A stretch of DNA of 32,000 nt, taken from positions 1,410,001 through 1,442,000 of the forward strand of contig OY780959.1 in the NCBI GenBank assembly GCA_963675915.1, written 5' to 3'. The position numbers and the translations under genes are program-made. Under the pieces are notes generated by a model. The model made no database searches. It saw only the letters and a list, made by a program, of their open reading frames with translations, and was not told the DNA's origin. Positions within the stretch are counted from its first letter, which is position 1; each line of letters starts with the position of its first letter. Positions 1 to 7,207 of this stretch are shown one piece after another. This DNA is from Coprobacillaceae bacterium. GTDB lineage: Bacteria; Bacillota_I; Bacilli_A; Erysipelotrichales; Coprobacillaceae.

Positions 1-96
1 ACGGGCGATAATGTCCGCTTTTTGCGAAAGATAATCAGTTATCTTCCCTTTTCCTTCGTCGCCCCATTGGCTCCCTACTACTACTACTCCTGCCAT
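1..96 (-). CDS. purA: adenylosuccinate synthetase, first 32 codons only (gene continues off the left edge)
   Basis: Not in the ORF track because it is too short. The reverse complement of 1-96 reads [32 protein letters not shown], which is the hallmark [10 protein letters not shown]-loop N-terminus of PurA. A GAGGTGG Shine-Dalgarno (106-112) lies 9 nt upstream of the ATG at 96. Confidence 0.85.
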   Translation of the reverse strand, partial: MAGVVVVGSQWGDEGKGKITDYLSQKADIIAR

Positions 97-132
97 ATTC
101 TGTTTCCACCTCGCTATGAATTTTTACTGCAA

Positions 133-161
133 TTGACATGATTACTTTTATATTATATAGT
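133..161 (+). promoter_or_regulatory. sigma-A type promoter for the LysR gene (TTGACA-N17-TATAGT)
   Basis: TTGACA at 133-138, a 17-nt spacer, then TATAGT at 156-161. AAGGAG RBS sits just before the ATG at 216. Lies in the divergent purA/lysR intergenic region. Confidence 0.6.
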
Positions 162-215
162 ACAATTAAATATAAGTAAAATTAATATTTCAAGATTATG
201 ATATAAGGAGCGCTT

Positions 216-1082
216 ATGAGTATCAAACTCGAACAATATAAGATTTTCAACGAATGCTGTGCCACCCTTTCCTTCTCGGTGGCGGCCCGCAATCTCTACA
301 TTTCCCAATCAGCCGTATCCCAGACCATCAACACGCTGGAAAAGGAACTCGACACCCAACTTTTCATCCGGCAACCCCGGGGCGTGACTCTTACCAATGA
401 AGGAAGAATCCTCTACGAGGAGATTTCCAATGCCCTTTCAATCATCACCAATGTTGAAAACCAGTTGACCAAATACCAGGAGTTGAAAGATGGAATCCTG
501 ACTATCGGAGCCGGGGACACCGTCTGCATCCATTTCGTCAAAGATATCCTGGTCAAATACAAACAGCTCTACCCCAATGTCAAAGTAAACGTAGTCAACC
601 GGACTTCAATCGAATTGATCGACTTGCTCAAATCCGGCCAGGTCGATATCGGTTTTTTGAATCTCCCGATTGAGGAAGAATCCCTGACCGTAGTTGACTG
701 TCTGACCATCCATGACATCTTTGTCACCACCAGAAAACTGGAAAAACCGGTTGACTACGACTATATCGAAAAGCATCCCTTGTTGATGCTTGAGGAAATA
801 TCCAACTCAAGACGCTATGTCGACAACTTCTTCGCCAAAAAATCGATCCTCCTCAAGCCAACCATGGAACTGGGAGCCCATGAGATTCTCCTGGAATTCG
901 CCAGCTCGAATCTGGGGATATCCTGTGTCATCAAGGAATTCTCGAAGAACTATCTCAATGACCGACTCTATGAGGTCCCTTTGAAAGAACCGATTCCTTC
1001 AAGGACCATCGGCTATTCCTATTTGAAAAGGCGAACCCTCTCAATGGCAGCTTTGAAGTTCATCGAATTGATTAATGAATAA
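216..1082 (+). CDS. LysR-family transcriptional regulator
   Basis: 288-aa ORF. N-terminal wHTH FSVAARNLYISQSAVSQTINTLEKEL is typical of LysR, followed by a substrate-binding-like C-terminal domain. Divergent from purA. Confidence 0.85.
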   Translation: MSIKLEQYKIFNECCATLSFSVAARNLYISQSAVSQTINTLEKELDTQLFIRQPRGVTLTNEGRILYEEISNALSIITNVENQLTKYQELKDGILTIGAGDTVCIHFVKDILVKYKQLYPNVKVNVVNRTSIELIDLLKSGQVDIGFLNLPIEEESLTVVDCLTIHDIFVTTRKLEKPVDYDYIEKHPLLMLEEISNSRRYVDNFFAKKSILLKPTMELGAHEILLEFASSNLGISCVIKEFSKNYLNDRLYEVPLKEPIPSRTIGYSYLKRRTLSMAALKFIELINE

Positions 1083-1086
1083 AATT

Positions 1087-1118
1087 AAGGTATCCATGTG
1101 ATTTTGGATACCTTTTAT
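1087..1118 (+). terminator. rho-independent terminator after the LysR gene
   Basis: 9-bp stem AAGGTATCC (1087-1095) / GGATACCTT (1106-1114) followed by TTAT. The U-tract is short. Confidence 0.55.
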
Positions 1119-1654
1119 AGTCATTCAAAATATTTTCAATATCGCAAAAAAGATCCATGAATCATTAATTACTCTTCCTAGATTTCAGTAATCCATTAAC
1201 CTTCAGTTTTAACAAAACCCTAGCCGCAAAACTGGCAAGGGGCATATTGCAGCGGGCGGTCAGCCTCTTCTTATCTTCGGTTTTGTTCTGCCTATCAGTA
1301 ATTATCGATAATATCCTAACCAAGCATTGACACCCACCCAATCCTTATATGTGTTTGGATCATATTTTGCAATAATTTAGAATTCATGAAGGTGCGCTAC
1401 TCACATTGTCCAAGTATCGCCCAGGAATCAATGATGAAATAACCGCTTCCTTCCTTCGGCCAATCTCCAATCCTGAGGATTATCCTGGATAATCGGCAAA
1501 TAATATTGGTAAGTGTTACGTATTTGCGCTAAAATTAGATAAAGTCATGTTCCCGTTGATTGGAAACTTTTATCATATCGAAGTTTGATAAATCGAAATC
1601 CGAATCATAAGCACCCCTGAACATGAACCCCAAAAAGGTAACGGAGGTATGCAC

Positions 1655-2554
1655 ATGCTTATAAGAGATCAAATGAAAAGCAGATCCGATTTCACCCAAT
1701 CGGAAACTCTAATCGCTGAATTTTTTTTGAATAATCAGACTATCATTGACAAGAGTACCGTCAGAGAAATTGCCGACACCATTTATGTGGCACCATCATC
1801 GATAATCCGCTTTGCCAAAAAACTCGGTTTTTCCGGTTATAATGACCTGAAGGAAAAGTATCTCGAAGAATGGGACTATCTGACTTCAAATTTCACTGAC
1901 GTTGATGCCAACAAGCCCTTCAATCCCAATGATAAAGATGTTGTTCTAGCCCACAAAATCGGAATCCTCTACAAGGAAACTGTCGATGACTGCCTGTCCC
2001 TGATCACTCATGATTCGATCCAGGAGGCAACCTCAAGAATCGACAAGGCCCATTACATCTATATCTGCGCTTCTGCTGCCCAGATTGGCTTGGCGAGCAC
2101 ATTCAAAGATAAAATGCAAAAAATCGGCCGTCATGTCCTGATATCCCAAACCAGTGACGATGCCTTCTACCAGGCTTGCATGGCTGCCCCAGATGATTCC
2201 TGTTTCATCCTGATCAGTTACTCAGGTGAAACCGGGCGCTGTCACCGGATTGCCCAAAAGCTTCGCGAAAGAAAAATGAAATGGATCACCATCACCACTT
2301 ACGGGTCCAATTCCCTATCGGAGATTTCCGACTGTATCCTTAATGTATCGACCAGGGAAAAACTGATTTCCAATCTTGGGAGTTTCGCCTTCAACATCTC
2401 GGTCATGATGCTGCTTGATATCCTTTATGCAGCCTGTTTCAACCATAACCATGATGCCAACCTGGAATACAAGACCGAAGTATCCCGCGAGTTTGAACAA
2501 ACCGACAGCAAGTACGGGCGCCAATCCAATAATCCGATTTTAAGCGAACTCTGA
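1655..2554 (+). CDS. RpiR/MurR-family transcriptional regulator (HTH_6 plus SIS domain)
   Basis: HTH segment VREIADTIYVAPSSIIRFAKKLGFSGYNDLK followed by a SIS-like sugar-phosphate-binding domain (IYICASAAQIGLASTF...ILISYSGET). The ORF track starts at 1649, but GGAGG (1643-1647) is only 1 nt from that ATG and 7 nt from the ATG at 1655, so 1655 is preferred. Confidence 0.8.
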   Translation: MLIRDQMKSRSDFTQSETLIAEFFLNNQTIIDKSTVREIADTIYVAPSSIIRFAKKLGFSGYNDLKEKYLEEWDYLTSNFTDVDANKPFNPNDKDVVLAHKIGILYKETVDDCLSLITHDSIQEATSRIDKAHYIYICASAAQIGLASTFKDKMQKIGRHVLISQTSDDAFYQACMAAPDDSCFILISYSGETGRCHRIAQKLRERKMKWITITTYGSNSLSEISDCILNVSTREKLISNLGSFAFNISVMMLLDILYAACFNHNHDANLEYKTEVSREFEQTDSKYGRQSNNPILSEL

Positions 2555-2555
2555 C

Positions 2556-2581
2556 AAAATGGAACACTGTTCCATTTTTTT
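2556..2581 (+). terminator. rho-independent terminator after rpiR-like gene
   Basis: Perfect hairpin AAAATGGAACA-C-TGTTCCATTTT followed by a T-run (2575-2581), located 2 nt after the stop codon. Confidence 0.8.
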
Positions 2582-2687
2582 ATCGCCAACACAAGATAAT
2601 TGCGGAACAGTGCTCAAACTGGTTTGAGCCAAATTGCCCAACTCGCTCCTCCTTGATATACTGTTAAAAAAGGAGGATTTTATTTAA

Positions 2688-4067
2688 ATGAAAGGTGTTA
2701 AAATAGTTACAATTGGTGGGGGTAGTTCTTATACTCCTGAATTGATGGAAGGTTTCATCAAAAGATATGATGAATTGCCAATCCGCGAGATTTGGCTTGT
2801 TGATATCGAAGCTGGTAAAGAAAAAATGGAAATCGTTGGGAAAATGGCTCAAAGAATGTGGGACGCTTCTCCTTATGATGTTAAAGTACATTTGACTTTA
2901 GATCGTCGTGAAGCATTGAAAGATGCTGATTTCGTTACTACCCAATTCCGGGTTGGTTTATTGAATGCTCGGATCAAAGACGAAAGAATCCCACTTAGCT
3001 ACGGTGTAATGGGACAAGAAACAAATGGTGCCGGAGGAATCTTCAAAGCACTTAGAACTATCCCAGTAATCCTGGACATCGTTGAAGACATGAAAGAATT
3101 ATGTCCTGATGCCTGGTTGGTTAACTTCACTAATCCATCTGGAATGGTTACTGAAGCTATCCTGAGAAAAGGTGGATGGGAAAAAGTTATCGGATTATGT
3201 AACGTACCAGTTGGTGCAATGATGGCTGAACCTGAAATGTTAGAAATGAAACTTGAAGATATGAACTATCGTTTCGCCGGTTTAAACCATTTCCACTGGC
3301 ATAAAGTATATGACAAAGCTGGAAACAACATCACTCAAAAAGTAATCGATCGTATGTATGATGCTGATGCTGGTATCCCAGCTAATATCGCTGACTGTCC
3401 AATCACAAAAGAAATCGTTGATCAAATGGGAATGATTCCTTGTGGATACCACCGTTATTACTATATGCAAACAGATATGCTTGATCACTTATTGGAAGAT
3501 TACAATGGTAAAGGAACTCGTGCTGAACAAGTTAAACAAACTGAAGCAGAACTGTTCGAATTATACAAAGATCCTAACTTGGATCATAAACCTGAACAAT
3601 TGGCTAAACGTGGTGGGGCTCACTACAGTGATGCTGCTTGCGAAACTATCGCATCTATCTACGGAGACAAGAAAACTCACATCGTTGTTTCAACAAGAAA
3701 CAATGGAGCTATCCCATTCTTACCAGTTGACTGTGCAGTAGAAGTATCTACATACATGTCAAGTGCAGGTCCAATGGCTATCGCTTGGGGAGATATGGAT
3801 TACGCTTCAAAAGGTTGGCTGCAAGTAATGAAAAACATGGAACAATGTGTTATCGAAGCTGCAGTAACTGGAGATTATGGAACATTATTACAAGCATTCA
3901 CTTTGAATCCACAAATCTCAGGTGGAACAACTGCAAAACGTATTTGTGACGAATTATTGATCGCTCATAAACATTTCCTTCCACAATTCGCCAAAAAAAT
4001 CGCTGAATTGGAAGCAGCAGGTGTTACCGTAAAAGATGAAGTGGTCCAAGGAATTTTAGATAAATAA
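2688..4067 (+). CDS. celF: GH4-family 6-phospho-beta-glucosidase (CelF/ChbF/LicH-like; NAD+ and Mn2+ dependent)
   Basis: 459 aa. The N-terminus KIVTIGGGSSYTPELMEGFIKRY (Rossmann NAD site), DFVTTQFRVG, GQETNGAGG, NFTNPSGMVTEA, GLCNVP (Cys-Asn metal site) and GGAHYSDAACE closely follow what I recall of E. coli ChbF. Confidence 0.85.
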   Translation: MKGVKIVTIGGGSSYTPELMEGFIKRYDELPIREIWLVDIEAGKEKMEIVGKMAQRMWDASPYDVKVHLTLDRREALKDADFVTTQFRVGLLNARIKDERIPLSYGVMGQETNGAGGIFKALRTIPVILDIVEDMKELCPDAWLVNFTNPSGMVTEAILRKGGWEKVIGLCNVPVGAMMAEPEMLEMKLEDMNYRFAGLNHFHWHKVYDKAGNNITQKVIDRMYDADAGIPANIADCPITKEIVDQMGMIPCGYHRYYYMQTDMLDHLLEDYNGKGTRAEQVKQTEAELFELYKDPNLDHKPEQLAKRGGAHYSDAACETIASIYGDKKTHIVVSTRNNGAIPFLPVDCAVEVSTYMSSAGPMAIAWGDMDYASKGWLQVMKNMEQCVIEAAVTGDYGTLLQAFTLNPQISGGTTAKRICDELLIAHKHFLPQFAKKIAELEAAGVTVKDEVVQGILDK

Positions 4068-4075
4068 CAATGCCG

Positions 4076-4127
4076 TCGATGACGGGAAGGACTCAAACCA
4101 GTGCTTTCCCGTCATCGATTTTTTTTG
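4076..4127 (+). terminator. rho-independent terminator after the GH4 gene
   Basis: 13-bp stem TCGATGACGGGAA / TTCCCGTCATCGA followed by T8. Confidence 0.85.
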
Positions 4128-4131
4128 GGCG

Positions 4132-4168
4132 AAAAAACAAAAACTCGGCAAAATCAAATTACCGAGTT
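4132..4168 (-). terminator. rho-independent terminator after the aldo/keto reductase gene (convergent with the previous one)
   Basis: Minus strand reads AACTCGG-TAATTTGATTTTG-CCGAGTT followed by TTTGTTTTTT. Confidence 0.7.
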
Positions 4169-4176
4169 ACATACTA

Positions 4177-4980
4177 TCAATCATACCAGCCAAACAGCGA
4201 TTTATGGTTGTCGAGGTTTTGAATCAATCTGAGATCATCCTCGGCGATGGTGAAATCGAAGATGGTCATGTTTTCAATCAGTCTTTCCTTTCGTGCCGAT
4301 TTGGGAATGACTCCGATCCCATTTTGAACCAGGTAACGAAGTCCGATCTGGGCGGCACTCTTGCCGTACTTTTGACCCAATTCGCACAGAACCGGATTTT
4401 CAAAGTAATTGTTTTTACCGGCGGCAAAGGGACTCCAGGCCTGCATGCAGGTTCCGGTCTTCTCCATCAGTTCATAAAGGTCTCTTTGTTGATAAAACAC
4501 ATGGGCTTCAACCTGATTGAGGGCCGGAATCTCGCCATATCTGTTGACAAAATCAGCATAGCGAGCCCGACTGAAATTGGAAATTCCAATCGCTTTGACT
4601 TTTCCTTCATCATATGCCTCTTTCATCGCCCGATACATTTCAATTGACTCCTGATAAGGCTCATGGATCAACAACAAATCGAGATAATCGAGTTGCAGAT
4701 TTTCAAGTGAAACAGCGATGGCCTTTTTGGTGGCCTGATAACTGTTGTTGGGACGGAAGATTTTGGTGGTGATAAAAAGCTCGGCCCTGTTGACATTGGA
4801 ATCGCTGATGGCTTGTCCGATTTCTTTTTCGTTGTCATACATCTGAGCAGTATCAATCAGGCGGTACCCCAGTTCGATAGCCTCTTTGACACTTTCAATG
4901 CACTGCTTTCCCCGAAGATCCCAGGTTCCCAGTCCCAAAACAGGCATTTTAAGACCATTATTCAATGTCAGATATTCCAT
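4177..4980 (-). CDS. aldo/keto reductase (DkgA/YtbE-like)
   Basis: LGLGTW, the IDTAQMYDNE...TTK...LIHEP catalytic Asp/Tyr/Lys/His pattern, and C-terminal IPKS. The start was moved from 5049 to the ATG at 4980 (MEYLTLNNG...), which has GGGAGGAAAAGTT upstream. The 5049 ATG lies inside the -10 box of the promoter listed below. Confidence 0.85.
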   Translation of the reverse strand: MEYLTLNNGLKMPVLGLGTWDLRGKQCIESVKEAIELGYRLIDTAQMYDNEKEIGQAISDSNVNRAELFITTKIFRPNNSYQATKKAIAVSLENLQLDYLDLLLIHEPYQESIEMYRAMKEAYDEGKVKAIGISNFSRARYADFVNRYGEIPALNQVEAHVFYQQRDLYELMEKTGTCMQAWSPFAAGKNNYFENPVLCELGQKYGKSAAQIGLRYLVQNGIGVIPKSARKERLIENMTIFDFTIAEDDLRLIQNLDNHKSLFGWYD

Positions 4981-5047
4981 AACTTTTCCTCCCAGCCAGC
5001 CTAGCGAATCATATACGCCGCTGCTATTTTGAATGTTTATATTCCCC

Positions 5048-5076
5048 ATTATAGGGTGAACTTGTCAAATTGTCAA
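5048..5076 (-). promoter_or_regulatory. consensus sigma-A promoter for the aldo/keto reductase gene
   Basis: Minus strand has TTGACA (5076-5071), a 17-nt spacer, then TATAAT (5053-5048). Confidence 0.7.
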
Positions 5077-5105
5077 AACATCGACTCCCCTCAAGATCGA
5101 CAGGC

Positions 5106-5149
5106 AAAAAAAAAGCGACTCATGAAAGATGTACCTTCAAGATGTCGCT
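5106..5149 (-). terminator. probable terminator after the CinA-like gene
   Basis: Minus strand has AGCGAC...GTCGCT (a 6-bp stem with a large loop) followed by T9. The stem is weak but the U-tract is strong. Confidence 0.45.
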
Positions 5150-5158
5150 TGACAATTA

Positions 5159-6202
5159 TTATAATATTTTGACAATCACTTCGAGAATCCGATGTTCGAT
5201 TTTCTGACGGGAATAGCTGGCTTCCCCGAGAAAACGGATTGAGCGAGTCTCTTCCTTGTCGCCATAACTGATATGGACCATGACTTCCTGTCCCAGATGA
5301 TAATCTTCAAGGGTCAAGGTGATAATCATTTCATCACCTTGTTTAGGACCAATCGGCAAGGTGAACAGATCCAGAGATTCTGGTTGGATAATCTTATATG
5401 GTGGAATGTGTTGATATACATATTCAGGAACATCAATCTTACCGACGATATGTTCGGCCAGGATCGTTTCAATCTGTTTTCGCACCAGAGCCATCTTTTC
5501 ATTGGCTGCTTCTTTTGATAAAGATTTGACCGCCAGACGGATTCGCACACTGATTTCCGATGCGTAGAGCGCAATCGATACTTCAGTCTGGTTCTTGATG
5601 ATTTCATCAAGGTAGTGGGCCACGGCGCTTTCACCGATTCCCAAAGTATAAATATCCTGAGTGTACAGGATCTCGCTTTTGAATTTTTCCAAATACGGCT
5701 TGAGGTAATTATCAACCATGAAGACCATCTCTTTTGGTGGTCCGGGCAGATTGACAATCATCCGGCCATTGTTTTCCATGATACAGCCATTGGCCGTTCC
5801 CACTTCGTTTTCCAATACAGTACAATCAGGCGGGAAAAATGCCTGTTTGAGGTTGTTAGAAGTTACTTCCTGATCATAGGTCAAGAACAATAATTTCGCC
5901 ATGACCTTGTCGGCTTCTTCAGGAATGTATTCCAATTCCAAGCCCAGATAATCGGTTGAAATCTCCTTGGTCAGATCATCCTGGGTCGGTCCCAACCCTC
6001 CGGTTGTGATAACACAGTCGGCGCCCCTTCTAAAAGCGGTATCCAAGGCGTCTTTTACCCGATCGGGATTGTCACCGACTACCTGTTGATAAAAAACATT
6101 GATCCCGAGTTCCTTGCACATATTCTGCAGGTAAGTGGCATTGGTATTGACAATCTCACCAAGCAGCAATTCAGTTCCTACGTTTACTATTTCAACATTC
6201 AT
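5159..6202 (-). CDS. CinA-like protein: MoCF-binding (MoaB/MogA-like) domain plus CinA middle domain, but no PncC/NMN-deamidase domain
   Basis: MNVEIVNVGTELLLGEIVNTNATYL...TTGGLGPTQDDLTKE...NLPGPPKEM, then ...LGIGESAVAHYLDEIIKNQTEVSIALYA, which parallels what I recall of B. subtilis CinA. The last 93 aa do not resemble the CinA C-terminal domain. The ORF track begins at a TTG (6217). I prefer the ATG at 6202, but the start is uncertain. Confidence 0.7.
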   Translation of the reverse strand: MNVEIVNVGTELLLGEIVNTNATYLQNMCKELGINVFYQQVVGDNPDRVKDALDTAFRRGADCVITTGGLGPTQDDLTKEISTDYLGLELEYIPEEADKVMAKLLFLTYDQEVTSNNLKQAFFPPDCTVLENEVGTANGCIMENNGRMIVNLPGPPKEMVFMVDNYLKPYLEKFKSEILYTQDIYTLGIGESAVAHYLDEIIKNQTEVSIALYASEISVRIRLAVKSLSKEAANEKMALVRKQIETILAEHIVGKIDVPEYVYQHIPPYKIIQPESLDLFTLPIGPKQGDEMIITLTLEDYHLGQEVMVHISYGDKEETRSIRFLGEASYSRQKIEHRILEVIVKIL

Positions 6203-6218
6203 CCCTATCCCATCCAAT

Positions 6219-7073
6219 CTATTTGATTTTGCCTAAAGCCTGTACAATGACTCCGCCCATGGCGAATGCCGCCACACTGGCGATAATAGTTGTCATTGAG
6301 TATTGAGCGCTATAAGGAATCAAGATCAGACTTGAAGCACAGATAAGACCCAAAATGAATGACAGGAATCCGTCTTCATGATTTGCAATGAAGAACGCAC
6401 ATACTTTGGCACTTGATACAATTCCAATCAACACTCCGATACCGATAAAAGCCAAAGAAATCAAGACATCGATTTCAAAAGATGTCACATTGGCCAAATA
6501 TGATTTAAACAAATAATACTGTCCGATAATCAACAACACCAGACTCCCGGAAACCCCAGGCATCAACATGGTGGCTCCACCAATTAGCCCCACCAACAAC
6601 ATGGTAGCCAGATGCATCAGGGTTACTGCCGGAAAGATTACCGAAGTTTCAACTTCAGTCGATCCGGGATTGAGGTATTCAAGTCCGAAAATCAGACCGG
6701 CCCCAATCACAAATGAAAGCCAGTAGAATTTCTTGCCAGCCATCTCTTTTTTGACAAACAGGGGAATACTCCAGGCAATCAAGCCGATGAACCACCAGAT
6801 TGTCGGGGTTGGAAAAGATGCAAACAAAATCTCCAGCAAGTTCGCAAAGCCAATCACCCCAACTCCTGCTCCAATAAGCACCTGAGCCAGAAAGACAATG
6901 TCTTCCATGAGATGTTTGTTGTTCGGCTTGGTTATCCGGGAAATGACTTCCATCATCCGCTCGAAAATTCCCAGGATGACCATCATGGTCCCCCCGCTGA
7001 CTCCGGGAATCACATTGGCGATTCCAACCGCAATGCCCCCAATTATATTTTTTACCATAAATTTATCAACCAA
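6219..7073 (-). CDS. DUF368-family polytopic membrane protein (family implicated in undecaprenyl-phosphate translocation)
   Basis: Very hydrophobic 284 aa with the duplicated signature IPGVSGGTMMVILG ... MPGVSGSLVLLIIG typical of DUF368. The start is ambiguous (TTG at 7073 or ATG at 7058), and AGGAGGA sits unusually far upstream. Confidence 0.75.
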   Translation of the reverse strand: MVDKFMVKNIIGGIAVGIANVIPGVSGGTMMVILGIFERMMEVISRITKPNNKHLMEDIVFLAQVLIGAGVGVIGFANLLEILFASFPTPTIWWFIGLIAWSIPLFVKKEMAGKKFYWLSFVIGAGLIFGLEYLNPGSTEVETSVIFPAVTLMHLATMLLVGLIGGATMLMPGVSGSLVLLIIGQYYLFKSYLANVTSFEIDVLISLAFIGIGVLIGIVSSAKVCAFFIANHEDGFLSFILGLICASSLILIPYSAQYSMTTIIASVAAFAMGGVIVQALGKIK

Positions 7074-7183
7074 GCCCCAAAGGCCGGTTTATCCTCCTAT
7101 ATAATACATATTTTTAGCAGTATGTTACCACTTATAACTATTACAAGTTTACTAAAATATCACCACTAATGCAATTGTTTACT

Positions 7184-7207
7184 AAAAAAAAGCGAGAATA
7201 TCTCGCT
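7184..7207 (-). terminator. rho-independent terminator after the ABC exporter pair
   Basis: Minus strand reads TAA-AGCGAGA-TAT-TCTCGCT-TTTTTTT, immediately after the stop codon. Confidence 0.85.

Noticed and set aside
157-173. LysR-type T-N11-A box (ATA-N11-TAT) in the purA/lysR divergent region.
   Set aside because: The region is extremely AT-rich, and a 3-bp dyad of this kind is expected by chance. It also overlaps the -10 element, so it cannot be distinguished from promoter sequence.
2556-2581. Perfect palindrome TGGAACA-C-TGTTCCA as a possible regulator operator or cre-like site for the GH4 gene. A related half-site, GGAACAGTG, recurs at about 2604.
   Set aside because: It sits 2 nt after the rpiR stop and is followed by a T-run, so an intrinsic terminator explains it fully. 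It does not match the cre consensus (TGxAAxCGxTxxCA).
4981-5049. N-terminal extensions in the ORF track for the aldo/keto reductase. Analogous extensions occur for MarR (to 11768), LtrA (to 15943), SDR (to 18807), PurD (to 25651), CinA-like (to 6217) and the 616-aa ABC gene (to 9058).
   Set aside because: In each case an internal ATG with a well-spaced GGAGG-like SD matches the conserved family N-terminus. The extensions start at TTG or at ATGs that lie in promoter elements or overlap the upstream gene.
7147-7187. 11-nt direct repeat GTTTACTAAAA (7147-7157 and 7177-7187) upstream of the DUF368 gene.
   Set aside because: It is low-complexity and AT-rich. The second copy merges with the A/T tract of the ABC-operon terminator, so it is probably coincidental.
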